From Lama guanicoe (Eukaryota): 64,000 bases of DNA. The stretch lies in contig MU053365.1 in the NCBI GenBank assembly GCA_013239625.1, positions 186,001 through 250,000 on the forward strand, read 5' to 3'. How positions within the stretch are numbered: the first letter of the stretch is position 1; the number at the start of each line of letters is the position of its first letter. Both the position numbers and the translations under genes were made by a program. The notes below the pieces were generated by a model. It had not been told where the DNA came from and searched no databases. It saw only the letters and a list, made by a program, of their open reading frames with translations. Shown one piece after another: positions 25,046 through 38,293 of this stretch.

Positions 25046-26139
25046 TGTGACTGCTTTTGCCCCTGTTCTCTCCTCCGCGCGGCACAGCGCAGGGGCCAGG
25101 CTGAGCCTGGGCTCTCCCTGGGTCTGTTTGTTTGTTGGCACCTGCATCCTCTGGGCTTGCTTCCTGTTCCTGAAGCTGCTCGCCATCTGAGTTTCTTGCC
25201 GTTACCAGGAGAGGCCAATTCCCTCTGCTCAACTTGGTCTTTCCTAATGAGGCATCTTAGAAAAGGCCCTTCCCCTATGAATGGATTTTCATTCCTCTTG
25301 CTGAACTACACTGCCTCAGCTCTCCGAATCTTTCCTTCCCCTGAATGGCACTTGGCTCTGGCCTCCTTTCCTTGTCACTGCTCCTCCGACTCTGGCCTGT
25401 CCCAGACCTGCCTCCTGGCAAAGGCTCTGACGGCGCCAAGTCCATCTTCAGATTCCTTGTGACTTGTCAGCCTGGGCCATTTTGCTCTTTGTTCCCACAT
25501 CCAATTAGAATGTTTTGAATTGTAGCCTCTGTGGACGAGGACTTAGGCTTTTGGTACTTGAAAGTTGTGTTTACATCTATTGCAGTCTCTAAATTAGTGC
25601 TCCCAGCCACATGAACAGCAGTTCCCACAGTTACGTTGAGAACTCGCTGCCCGGGCCCCTCTCTGTCTTTGTCTCCTGACTGTGCAGGGGCACAAAGCAC
25701 ACACGATGGATCCAGAGGCTCTGGTTCATGAAAGCCTTACTGGCAGCACGCCTGACTCTGGCCAATTACGTTCTCAGAAGAACTTCTTTAGCCCTTACAG
25801 GCCTATAAACTCTAGACTTTGAAGTTTGTTGTTGATGTTCAAAAAATATACAAACCATTCGAAGATTCTCATTGTTACCTATATAGCAAAGCTTCAGGGA
25901 CAGACATACCACCCAGCAGTGGAGAGATGGCTTGATAGATTTGGGCACATCTACTTGAGGTAGCACACTACCTTAAAAATGATGATAGTGATGATGTAGA
26001 AACAGGCAAGCAAGTCCACAGAGCAAGGGGCAAGCAATGAACTTGTGTGGATAACTATCATAGCTGGGAAGGGTTATGTGCCTGGGGATGAGAGCTGGAA
26101 GATAATGTAAAAGACAAAACTAATTATAACCAAACTACC

Positions 26140-26320
26140 CAGTAAATTATAGTTATGAGGCCCTTTTGTGCATGTTATTTCATTTAATGACCCCAACAAC
26201 CCTGGAGGCATCAGTGCTATTCTGCTCCTTCTGCAGATGAGCACAACTGAGGCTGCATAAAGCTGAGCAGCTGCAGATCCCATTTCTAAGGAGCGGCAGA
26301 GTCAGGACTCAAAACCTGAT
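26140..26320 (-). mobile_element. MIR SINE
   Basis: tttcatttaat...caacaaccctggaggc...cagatgagcacaactgaggct...ggcagagtcaggactcaaa. Confidence 0.7.
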
Positions 26321-26625
26321 TGCCTTTTGGGTACGGCATCCTGTTTGATTTGTTTAGCTGGGGAAATCATGGGAGAATTATTTTGCTTTTGATTTCTGTG
26401 ATGTTATTGGCATAACCATAGTAACAATAAATAGTAAGTTTAAACAAATACCTGGAAAAGGAGATCAGGGACATCCTTCATCAGAGGAGTCAGTGAGTGT
26501 AACCTAGCAACCATGACTATAAGGATAGTTTGTGAACTTTGGGTTTTTCCCCCATGTTGGACATTTCTTATACACTACCCCCAGCAATATATTTCCTATA
26601 ATGATGAGCAGGAAAGCCCTTACTT

Positions 26626-26669
26626 AGGAAGGAAGGAAGGAAGGAAGGAAGGATGGAAGGAAAGAAGGA
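26626..26669. repeat. (GGAA)n tetranucleotide repeat
   Basis: Visible run of about 10 units, the distal ones imperfect. Confidence 0.9.
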
Positions 26670-27264
26670 CGTAGGAACTTGTAGTGATTCCTGTCTTTCT
26701 TCACATGCCCCCTTTCAGACTCACCAGTTTAGCAAGTCGGGATGAGCTCTTCCACTAGGCCTCTGATTCCATCTCTCAAGTTTCTTGATGCTCTGTTCTT
26801 CCTTTCTCCCAGGACTTGTACTGCCCGCGTAACTACGAGGACTCTGCCATCCCATGTGCTCCCCAGTATAGCCATGAAAATACTTCAAGAGCTGGGATTT
26901 CAAGGTCCTATGGGAGACTCTTTCCCAGCTTGGAATATCTATGTTTCTTTCCAGTCATGGCTTATGAAGTGCCAGGCCCTGTGCTATACTGTGCTGTGAG
27001 AGTTGCAGAGCTGAATCCTACATGGCTTCTGGCCTGCAAAGAAGCATTAGGGGCGAAAAGCCATGGGTTTATATCCAGGCTTACTTCCTAGCCATGGGCC
27101 TTGCTCTAAGTTATATGTGGAGGTAGTGATGAAGCTGGGCTAGAAAGCACCTTTCAAACAAGTGATTTAAAAAAAAAAAACTAAAGACTGTCCTTTTTCA
27201 AACTTTAAAAAAGAATATTTTATATATAAAATATACTTTTAATGTAAACCATTCAAAAATGATC

Positions 27265-27512
27265 CGTCATGGGGATGTGATGAAGAGCATGGTGACTAGT
27301 TAACAATACTGTATTACATATTTGAAAGTTGCTAAGAGAGTAAATCTTTAAAGTTCTCATCACAAGAAAAAATATTATAACTATGCATGCTGATGGATGT
27401 TAACTAGCCTTATCATGTTGATTATTTTGCAATAGATACAAATATTGAATCAGTATAATTTATACCTGAAACTAATATAATGTTATGTCAATTATACCTC
27501 AATTTTAAAAAA
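27265..27512 (+). mobile_element. L1MA9-like 3' end
   Basis: agcatggtgactagttaacaatactgtatt...tacctgaaactaatataatgttatgtcaattatacctcaat followed by an A tail. Confidence 0.8.
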
Positions 27513-29899
27513 GAGATTCATTAGTCAGCAAATTTGCAAATCCTTTCAGCAGCCTGGTACTGAATAACACATAATAAAATTGAATACACTTTAATAAAAT
27601 GGAGACGTTCTAGATTTGCAATTGGAGGCTTGTTTAATTCCATTTTTTAAGAGCCTCCATATTAATTTGCCTAAGTAAACAAATTCCCATTAGGAAAGGA
27701 GACCTTTTCCTATTTGACTCAGTGTCACAGCCTTTTCTGCCTCTGCACTGACTGGCCTCGTATTGCATGGTTCTTCTCCTTGACTGCCTGCTGCACTGTG
27801 GGGTACAGATGCTAAGCACACAGACTGGGACTCAGACTACCCCTCATTCAGAGTTCAGTTCTGCAACTTTCTCACTGTGTATTTTTGGGCAATTCATCTA
27901 ATCTCTCTAAGCCTCAAATTTATCATCCCTTAAGACTTATGGTGATAGAGGAGGATGGTGGAATAGGAAGCCCCAGAACCTGTTCCCATACGAAGAAGCC
28001 AACCTAACAACAATATCTGATCCAAAAAGCCGTTATGAGAATTCTAGAAATCAGTAAAGAAATGGCAGTAGCCTCAGGCAAGCACAAAGCAAGAACAGCC
28101 ACATTGAAATGGATGAGAAAATTCGCTGCACTTTACTCATGATAGCCCTTTCCCAAGCTGACGCAACTCCTTCTGATCAAGAGAAAACATCCAACTCATA
28201 ACTTTTTCCTTGGGAGGGAAAGAGGAGAGTGGAACACGCGTCCAGTGTTCCAGTGTTTAGGAGAGCTGCCTGAAGGACTGCTTTCTGTTTTGTCTGACTC
28301 AGAACAATGCTGGAGAACTGGCATACTTTGAATGTCTGAGAGCTCCTAAGAACAAAAGCTCAGCAGCTTGTTGCGGCAACAGAGAACCTGCAACACTGCA
28401 GACAGACACCAGAGGCGGCAAGAGATTATAAGCTTCTAACAAAGAAACCTGCAAACCTCTCTCGTTGGGAAGCTACATGCACATGCCTAGATCAGATGCA
28501 GCCCCAGGAAAGAGACCTACTGAATCTCTAGCCAGGCTGACTGGTGAAGTTCTTCCCCTGTGTGAAGCCAGTCCATAAAGACTTGGAGAAGTGGCTGTTT
28601 TTTCAAACGTACAAATCCCAGCAAATAAATAAATAAATAACAAGGCATTTGAAGAGACAGGGAAACATGGCCCGACCAAAGGAACACAATAAGTCTCCAG
28701 AAACTGACTTTAAAGAGCTCTAGAAATAACCTGACAGAGTTGAAAATAATCATCTTAAGGAAACTCAGTGAACTAAAAAAGAACACAAACAGACAAATGA
28801 CATCAGGAAAATGAGGCATGAACCAAATGAGATTATCGACAGAGATAGAAACTATATATATAAAAAAAGGACTAAACAGAAATTCTGGAGCTGAAGAACA
28901 CCATAACTGAATTGAAAATTCACTAGAGGAATTTCACAAGACTTGATCAATCATAAGAAAGAATCAGCAAACTCAAAAAGAAGTCATTTGCAATGACTCA
29001 GTCTGAGGAACAAAATGAAAAAGGAATGAAGAAAAGTGAAAAAAAAAAAACAAAACATAAGGGACTTATGGGACTCTATCAAATGGATCAATACACACAT
29101 TAAGGGAATCCAGGAGGAAAAGAGAAAGAGAAAGGCACAGAGAGTTTATTTGAAATAATGGCTGAACATTTCCCAAATCTGAAAAAGGAAATGCACATCT
29201 AAATTAAAAAATGTCAAAGGACTACAAAATAGGATAGACACAAAGAGGCCCATACCAAGACACATTCTGACTAAACTGTCAAAAATCACAGACAATGAGA
29301 TAATCTTGAAAGCAGCAAGAGAAAAGTGATTGCATACAAAGGCATTCCCATAAGACTGTTAGAGAATTTCTCAGCAGAAAAGTTACAGGCCAGAAGGGAG
29401 TGAATTGGTATTTTCAAAGTGCTGAAAGGGAAAAAAAAGATACCAGCCAAGAATATTATATCCAGCAAAACTGTTCTTCAGAAACGAAGGAGAAATGAAT
29501 ATATCCGGCTTTCCCAGATAAAAGCGGAAAGAGTCCGTCACAACTAGAACTGCCTTACAAGAAATGGTAAAGGGAATCCTGCAAGTTGAAACAAAAGGAT
29601 GCTAGAGAGCAGCACAAAACTGTACAAAAATATAAAGCTCTCTAGATATAAAATAATAAAAGTAAAATTAAATATATAGACAGACACAGAATCCTGTAAC
29701 AGAGTAATAATGGTGTATAAATCACTATAATCTTGGTATAGAAGTTAAAATATAAAAGCATAAAAATAACTATAACTATAAATATATGTTAATGGGTACA
29801 AAATACAAAAAGATGTAATTTGTGACATCAATAGCAAAGTGAGGAGATGAAAAAAGTGAAAGTTTTATATGCAGTTGAAGTTAAATTGTTATCAATTTA

Positions 29900-30459
29900 T
29901 TTTTTAATTTTTAAATTTTATTGAAGTACGGTCAACTACAATGTGTTAGTCTCTGGTGCATAATATCCCAGTCATGCATATGCATACATATATTCATTTT
30001 CATATTTTTTCCATTAAAGGTTATTACAAGATATTGAACATAGTTCCCCGTGCTATACAAAGGAAACTTTTTTAAAGTCTATTTTTATATATAGTGGCTA
30101 ACATTTGTAAATCTGAAACTCCCAAATTTATCCCCTCCCATCCCCTTTCCCTGGTAACCATAAGATTTTTTACTAAGTCTGTGAGTGTGTTTCTGTTTTG
30201 TAGATAAGTTCATAGTGTCCTTTTTTTTTTTTTTAGATTCCACATATGAGTGATACTGTGTGGTGTTTTTCTTTCTCTTTCTGGCCTACTTCACTTAGAA
30301 TGACCATCTCCAGGTCCATCCATGTTGCTGCAAGTAGCATTATTTTATTCCTTTTTATAGCAGTGTAGTATTCCATTGTGTAAATATACCACAACTTCAT
30401 TATCCAGTCATCTGTCAATGGACATTTAGGTTGCTTCCATATCTTGGCTGTTGTATATA
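29900..30459 (-). mobile_element. Younger L1 3' end nested in the large L1
   Basis: ORF 30233-30418 is the L1 ORF2 C-terminus; TSD aaa(t/a)tgttatca(a/g)ttta at 29883-29899 and 30460-30476. Confidence 0.88.
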
Positions 30460-30577
30460 AAAATGTTATCAGTTTAGAACAGAGTTTTATAACTGTAAGG
30501 TGTTCTATCTAGTTTCCATGGTAACCACAAAGAAAAATACCTATAGGAGATCCACAAAAGAAATGAGAAAATTACCA

Positions 30578-30750
30578 ACTAGTATGTATAAAATAAATAT
30601 GCTACAGGGATACATTTTACAACACAGGGAATATAGCCAATATTTTATAACTGTAAATGGAATATAACCTTTAAAAATTGTGAATCTTTATGTTGTACAC
30701 CTGAAACTTATATAATATTGTACATAAACTGTACTTTTATTTAAAAAAAG
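30578..30750 (+). mobile_element. Short L1 3' end nested in the large L1
   Basis: acacagggaatatagccaatattttata...tgttgtacacctgaaacttatataatattgt followed by an A run; TSD unclear. Confidence 0.7.
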
Positions 30751-30957
30751 TATGAGTAGAACCAAAAGTAAATTAAACATCAAAAAAAGGAATCAAACCA
30801 TGTCACTATAAAAAAATCAACAAAACACAAAGGAAGGCAGCAAGAGAGGAAAAGAAGGTCAAAATAACTAAAAGACATATAAAATAATATTAACAAAAGG
30901 CAAAAGTAAGTCCTTCTCTATCAGCAGTGACTTTAAATGTAAATGGGCTGAACTCCC

Positions 30958-31373
30958 TGTTAAGGAGTAAATTGTGCCGCTAACCTCATTCATATGTTGA
31001 AATCCTAACCCCAGTTGTGACTATATTTGGAGACAGGGCCTTTAGGGAGGCAATTAAGATTAAATGAGGTCATAAGAGTGGGGTCTTAATTCAGTGGGAT
31101 TGATGTCCAGAAGAAAAGGAAGAGACAACAGAAATCTTCTTCTCTCTTGCCATATAAGCAAAGAGGAAAGGCCATTATGAAGCCACAGAAAAAAGACAGC
31201 CATCTACAAGCTCAAAAGAGAGTCCTCACCAGAAACTAAATTTGTTGGTGCCTTGACCATAGACTTCTAGCCTCAGAATTGGAGAAAATGTTTTCTCCTT
31301 TTAAAAAAAAGTCTATTGTTTAGGCCACACACTCTGCGGTGTTTTGTTATGACAGCTTGAGCAGACTAACACA
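30958..31373 (+). mobile_element. MLT1A-like MaLR solo LTR interrupting the L1 ORF2 endonuclease region
   Basis: TG...CA ends (tgttaagg...gactaacaca); 5-bp TSD ctccc/ctcct (30953-30957, 31374-31378); L1 sequence resumes in register on both sides. Confidence 0.88.
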
Positions 31374-34300
31374 CTCCTCAGTCAAAAGAAATAGAGTGGC
31401 AGAATGGATAAAAGAGGAAAAGCAAGATCCAACTATGTGCTATCTATAAGAGACTCACTTTAGATTTGAAGACACACACAGGCTGAAGGTGAAAGAATGG
31501 AAAAAGATATTCCATGCAAATGGTAACCAAAAGAGAGCAGGGGTGGCTGCACTTACACCAGACAAAATAGACTTTATGTCAAAAACTGTCACAGGAGACA
31601 AAGAAAGACACCATATAATGATAAAAGGGTAACCAAGAAGATACAACAATTATAAATACATGTACATCTAACAGCAGAGCACCCAAATATATTAAGCAAA
31701 CATTAAGAGAACTGAGGGGAGAAATAGACAGCAACATTGTAATAGTAGAAGATTTCAATACCATAATGGAACAAAGCTAGAAATCAACAGCCAAAGGAAA
31801 ACTGGAAAATTCACAAATATATAGAAATTAAACACAGTCTTGAACAACCAATCGACCAAAAAAAGAAATCACAAAGAAAATTAGAAAATACCTTGAGACA
31901 AATGAAAACAAAAATAAAACATGCCAAAACCTTAATGGGATGCAGCAAAAGCAGTGCTAAGAAGGATGTTTATAGCAATAAGCTCCTACATTAAAAAACA
32001 AGGAAGATCTCAAATTAACAACCTAACTCTGTACCTCAAGGGACTAGAAAAAGAACAAACAAAACCCAAAATTAGCAGAAGGAAAGGAAGAATAAAAATT
32101 AGAACAGAAATAAATGAAACAGAGACTAGAAAAACAATAGAAAAAATCTACAAAACTAAGAGCTGCTTTTTTGAAAATATTAAGAAAATTGACAGACTCT
32201 TAGCTAGATTAAGAAGAAAAGAGAGAAGACTCAAATAACAAAAATTAGAAATGAAAGAGACCTTTCAACCAATGCCACAGAAATAAAAAAAAACCATTAG
32301 ATGCTATGATGAACAATTATACACCAACAAATTCGTTAAACTAGAAAAAAAATTCCTAGAAACATACAACCTATCAAGACTGAATCATAAAGAAAGAAAA
32401 CATCTGAATAGACCTATAACTGGTAAAGACATTGAATCAGTAATCAAAAACCTCCCAACACAGAAGAGCCCAGGACCAGATGGCTTCACTGGTGAAATCT
32501 AACAAACATTTAAAAAAGAAAGAATGCAAAACCTCCTCAAAGTTTGCCAAAACTACCAAATTCATTTTATGAGGTCAGTATTATCCTGGTACAAAAAGTT
32601 CAAACAGAAATATAAGAAAGGAAAACCATAGACCAGTATCCCTGATGAATATTGATGCAAAAATTCTCAACAAAATACTAGTAAATTGAATTCAACAACA
32701 TATTAAAATGATTATGCATCATGACCAAGTGGCAATTATTCCTGGAATGCAAGAATGGTTCAACATATGAAAATCAATCAATGTAATACACCACATTAAA
32801 AGAATGAAGGGCAAAAACCAATGATAATCTCATCATTGCAGAAAAAAGCATTTGAAAAAATTCAATACTTTTTCATGATAAAATAAAATTTTAATTCAAC
32901 AAACTAGGAATAGAAAGAAATTACTTCAACATAGTAATGGACATGTGTGAAAAACCCACAACTAACATACTCAGTGGTGAAAAGCTGAAAGCTTTTCCTC
33001 TAAGATCAAGATAAAGGCAAGATGCCCACTTTCACCATCTCTGTTCAGCACTGTCATGGAAGCGCTAGCCAGAGCAGGCAGGCAAGGAAAAATAAATTTT
33101 ATAAAAAGCATCCAGGTCAGAAAGGGAAAAGTTAAAAACATCTTGGTCTTTAAATGATATGATTTTATATATAGAAAACTCTAAAGATTCCACATACAGA
33201 ATGTTAGAACTAGTAAAGGTGTTCAGTAAATTTGCAGTACACAAAAGTAACCGAAAAATTCAGTTGTGTTTTTACACACTAACAATGAACAATCCAAAAA
33301 GAAAATTAAGAAAACAATCCCATTTACCATCTATAACAGCATCAAAAATAATAAAAATATTTAGGAATGAGCTTAGCAAAGGAGGGGAAAGACTCGTACA
33401 CCAAAAACTACAAAATATTGATAAAAGAAATTAAAGACAGAAATGAATGCAAAGATGTTCCATGTTCTAGATTGGAAGATTTAATACTCTCAATGTTGAA
33501 ACTCCCCAAAGCTTTCTACACATTTAATGTGATCCCTATCAAAGTCCCAATGGGATTCTTTATAGAAATGGAAAAAAATCCTAAAATTCATGTGGAATCT
33601 CAAAGGACCCTGAATAAAAAAAAATCTTAAGAAATAAAGACAAAGCTGCAAACCTCAAATTTCCCAATTTCAAAGCATATTACAAATACATAGTAATCAG
33701 AACAGTGTGGTGCTGGCATAAAGACAGACATATAGACAAATATAACAGAATGGAGAGCCCAGAAATAAATAAATCCTCATGCATAAGGTCAAATGACCTT
33801 CTAAAAGAGTGGTAAGTCTACATGATAAAGGATAGTCTCTTCAACAAATGATGTTGAGAAAACTGGATAGCCACATGCAAAATAATAAAGTTGGACCCTT
33901 ACCTTACACCATAAATAAGAATGAACTCAAAATGAATTAAACACCTAAATATAAGGCCTGAGGCTATAAAACTCCTAGAAGAAAACATAAGGGGCAAACA
34001 GGCAAGAAAAGAAGAAAACTGAGAAAACAGGCAACAAAAGCAAAATTAAACAAATGGGACTATATTAAACTTAAAAACTGCACAGCAAAGGAAACAAAGA
34101 AAAGAGTGGAAAAGCAGCCTATAAAATGGGAGACAATATTTGCAAACCATGTATCTAATAAGGGATCAATATCTAGAATGTATAAAGAGCTATAACTCAA
34201 CAACAACAACAAAACCCAAATGATCTGATTAAAAACATGCAAAGGACTTAGACATTTCTCCAAAGAAGATATACAAATGGCCAACAGGTCTATGAAATGA

Positions 34301-35348
34301 TGCTCGACATCACTAATCACCAGGGAGATGCAAGTCCAAACCACAAAAAGGAATCCCCTTATACCCATTAGGATAGCTATTATAAAACACCAACAATAAC
34401 AAGAGATAACAAGTGTCGTGGGGGTATGTGGAAAAAGTGGAACTCTTGTGCACTGTTAGTTGGAAAGTAAAATGGTGCCACTTCTATGGAAAACAGCATG
34501 AACATCACTCAGAAAATTAAAAATTGAACTACCATGTAGTCCAGCAATCCTACTTCTGGGTATTTACCCAAAATACTTGAAATTAGGGTCTCAAAGAGAA
34601 ATTTGTACACCCATGTTCATTACAATATCCAAGAGGTGGAATCAACCCAAGTGTTCATTTATGGGTCAACGACTAAAGTACATGTGTTATACACATGAAA
34701 TGGAATACTATTCAGCCTTAAAAAGGAAATCCAGTCACATGCTGCAACATGGATGAACCTTGAAGACATTTTGCTAATAAGCCAGTCACAGAATGATAAA
34801 TACTGCATGATTCCACTTATACGAGCTATCTAAGGTAATCAAAGCTCTTAAAAGTAAAAAGTCAAACTCTTTAAAGCACAAAGTATAATGGTGGTTGCCA
34901 GGCCTTGGGGGCAGGGGAAGAGGTCCAATGGGTATTGAGTTTCAGTTTTGCAAAGTGAAAAAGTTCTAGAGATCTGTGGCACAACGGTGTGCACATAGTT
35001 CACACAACTATACTATACACTTAAAATGGTTAAGATAATATATTTTATGTTATGTGCTTTATAACCAAAAACTTTTCTTAAAGTATGGAGAAGATAATAT
35101 TTGACGCTGTATCACTTGATTGTGTGGGGATTAAATAAATCAGTGCTTGCAAACTACTTATTACGGTTCCTGGCATTCTACAAATGGTAGGCATCCTTCT
35201 TGTATCATGAAATGCATCTGTTTGCATTTAAGAACTTCAAGCCTACAGACCCAAGTAGTCTGAGCAGAAGTAAGTGTTGAGAAAGAGAAAAGCAGCCCCT
35301 GATATCCAAAGCTGGCCTGGCATTCACATCTAGAACTCGGTGTTCCGT

Positions 35349-35838
35349 TGAACAGAAAAAATTTCACAGAGCATCAACATCAGACAAGACCATTCTGTGA
35401 CTCTGATGGATGCAGACAGGATCAAGGCTGTTTGTAATCAAGCCTGAGCACAGTCAAGAGTAAGAACATTGTCCAAACCACTAAAGTGACCAAACATTCC
35501 ACTATCTTGGTGAATATGGGTAAGCGCTACTTAAAAAAAAAAATTGCAGCCTTAGCCTCATTCTGTTTTTCCCACCTTGTAGATAAATACTATTATTCCC
35601 AGTCAAAAAATTACCCAATTTCCTGACAGCATCCATTCCATAGCAGAGCCCACTTCCTTAAACCCTCCCCCAATCACCTAATGCAATCTGAAATCTTATA
35701 AGTGCTACCTGTCCCTCTCTTACTGTGACACCACACGGTTCCCTATGATATGTGATCACCTCATTGCAAAGAATCAGTAACCCTGAGTCCTTTAACCGTG
35801 AATGTGCTCCTGATGGTCTCTGCTAGTGGAAGTTAACA
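35349..35838 (+). mobile_element. ERV1-class solo LTR (MER67-like)
   Basis: aaaaatttcacagagcatcaacatcagacaag...cctgacagcatcc...cttccttaaaccctcccccaatcaccta; ends in ...aaca. Confidence 0.6.
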
Positions 35839-36029
35839 GTGTTAATCCTGCCAAGTGTCTCTGTAATGACAGTATATTTCATTGAAACCCACTTCCTCCT
35901 CAGAGTCTTCTAGATTTGCCCAGTTGGAAACAGCCTCTGCCGGCCCTCCTGTAGCACTGTGGCAGTGCACCACATTATCAGTCTAGTCTCATTCTCCCTG
36001 GAGTATATTCTGTGAGACATCAGAGCTTA

Positions 36030-36280
36030 ATTGGTGACAGCATCAGTGTCAGAGTCCTGGGGCTCTGGATTTGAATTTCAGAACTTCACTTCATGAGCTG
36101 TGTGACCTTGGGCAGGGCACTGTATCTGTCAAACCTCAGTTGCTTCTGTTAGTAAGTGAAGAAAAGGATAGTGCCTGACTTGTTGGTGCTGCGAGGATTA
36201 ATGAGATAGTGTACATAAAGCACTTCACTTAGTGCCCGCACACAGTAAATATGAAGTGCATTGAAGCTGCCATTATTATG
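36030..36280 (+). mobile_element. MIR SINE
   Basis: gctgtgtgaccttgggcag...aacctcagtt...gaggattaatgagatagtgtacataaagcactt. Confidence 0.8.
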
Positions 36281-38293
36281 TTTACATACACAAAATTCTT
36301 CATCCCGGAAGAATTTTAGACCTCATGGGGGAAAGACAGGGTAAGGGGACTGAAGTCGTGAACCATGTTCAGATTCTCTCCAGGTTGGTCTAAGGCTGTG
36401 GAGACTCCCACCGGTGGGTCCCTCCTCCCCTTGGACATCTATTTGCCCTACTCTTCACAGCGGTAGAGATTTTGTCCATGTCTCCTCCGTAATACAGAGC
36501 CTTGACTGGCCTTGGTTCTGTGTGGGATGATAGCAAGGCCAAGTCCACGGATCTTGGCCTTGCTTAACCCTTCCTTAGCTTCTTTCTTTTCCTTCCCAGG
36601 CTCTGTTGTGGGACTCTCAGTTCCTTTGCCTTTCTCTTTACCTCCCTTTTCTTAATGCTTCCTCTGGTTTCTTCTTTTTTTCCCCCAAATTATTGTCAGT
36701 AGGAATGACTCCTGATTCAGATGTGCTGTAACTAAAACTAGCATTGATGCTAAGAAAGCCAAAAGTGAATGTGTATTACCTAGAATGGTACAGGAAGTGT
36801 CAGATTTAGGAGAGAGCTATATGCAAAGTGAGATGAAACAAGTCCTCAAAAGTGGTTCAAGCACAGGGTCGTGGGAACTCAAAGGAGGGAGAGTGGGATG
36901 TGGGAATCCATGGAGGCTACATAGAGAAGGCAGTCATTGGACAAGCTGCTGGTGGATGAACAGAAGAGGCCAGGAAGAGGGGACAGAGAGGCCTCCGGAA
37001 GGCTTTTGCAATAGTCAAGTCAAAAAGTATTGAGAGCCTTAGGAAAGTGAGTGCAGGTAGAAATGGAAAGGAGAGGATAGGGAAGAGAGGCATGAGCCCC
37101 AGAACCCACGGAAACTATTATGTATCATGCTGGAGGGGCTCGAGTCTATGACAGTTCTGAGACCCAGTGCTGCGAGATCTATACCTCTCACAAGCTGGGT
37201 GCCTCTGGGCATGTCCCTTCCCCTCTTGTTCCTCGGTTTTCTTATCTGCAAAAGGGGGACAATAAGTATCTGCTTTATAAGATTTCTGTGAAAAGTAGAT
37301 TTGATGAAATACCATTCTGTTTTCTTATCTTTTGATGCCATAATTCTGTTAAAAGATTATTGATATTATTACTAGGACAGCGAAGTTAGTGGCAGTCAGT
37401 GATGGCTGATTAGAGATCTTGGACCACTTGAAACTATGTCTTCCATCTTCACAGGATCACTCTGGGAAGCTCTCATGCAATGGTGGGGGGCCTTCCTGCC
37501 CCTGTGGGAGACCATCCGGGCGCATCTTCGCCCCAGGGCTGTGGAGGATGTTAAAGTTCTTGGGATAGAACTCCTGCCTCTGGCCAGACCCAGAGTGAGA
37601 CCCAGTGGTTAAGAAGGGATTCAGCCTACAAACAACTCTGTCCATAGAAATGAAAGGAGGTGACTTTTCTGCCAGTGATGTCTTATGAGGCAGCTCCCTC
37701 ACCAACCTACCTCCTGAAATCCTCTAACTCTGAAAGGGAAACATTCACACATGTTGCTTTTAAAAATACCTTTATAGCTATTTGATAATAACCAAGCCTG
37801 GGCCTGCCTTACTTTGAGATTCTTTGGCTGCATGGCTCATTGGGACTTGAGGGAGTGCATGGGGCTGCACACCTGTGTCATCTGCTCCCCAGAGAACGTG
37901 TTCACTGTGTGTGAAGAACAGAAATGTGGAAATCATCACAAGCCACTGCTTACTGTTCCCTTTCCCAAAATCAGGGCTAGCCCATCAACCTATGAAAGGA
38001 TACGCCAAAAGGCATTAGTGTTGGTTTTTAAAAGGGACTAGCAAATAACTTGTTTTAAATTGTTATGACCTGGGGCTTTCCATCCCTTCAAAACACTAAA
38101 AGAATAAGAATTAATAACTAGAACTCATCACTCGCCTTAGGAAGTGGAACATTACCCATAACTTAGAAGCCCCTGGTGTGCCTTATCCCTCCATCCCCAC
38201 CCCAACAGTAACCTTTCTCCTAAATTTTGTATTTCTCTTTCCTTTGCTATTCTTTATTTTTGATCTTACACATACATCCCTAACCAGTGTATT

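Larger units (their letters stand above)
27948..35071 (+). mobile_element. Near-full-length decayed L1 (L1MB-type): 5'UTR, ORF1 (~28.6-29.6 kb), long spacer, ORF2 (~30.9-34.8 kb), 3'UTR; splits a MIR (~27820-27940 and ~35080-35200)
   Basis: 5' start gaggatggtggaatagg resembles the L1 YY1-site start; EN motifs (ttaaatgtaaatgggctgaac, gatttcaatacc); SPGPDGFT-coding agcccaggaccagatggcttcact; ORF fragments 31954-32238 and 33159-33630; many stops and frameshifts. Confidence 0.92.

Noticed and set aside
24680..25462. Several overlapping 80-155 aa ORFs
   Set aside because: They largely overlap an L2 remnant and GC-richer sequence, are open on both strands, and show no recognisable domain
28600..34830. 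Active L1 or functional ORF1/ORF2
   Set aside because: Fragmented by stops, frameshifts, an internal deletion and an LTR insertion
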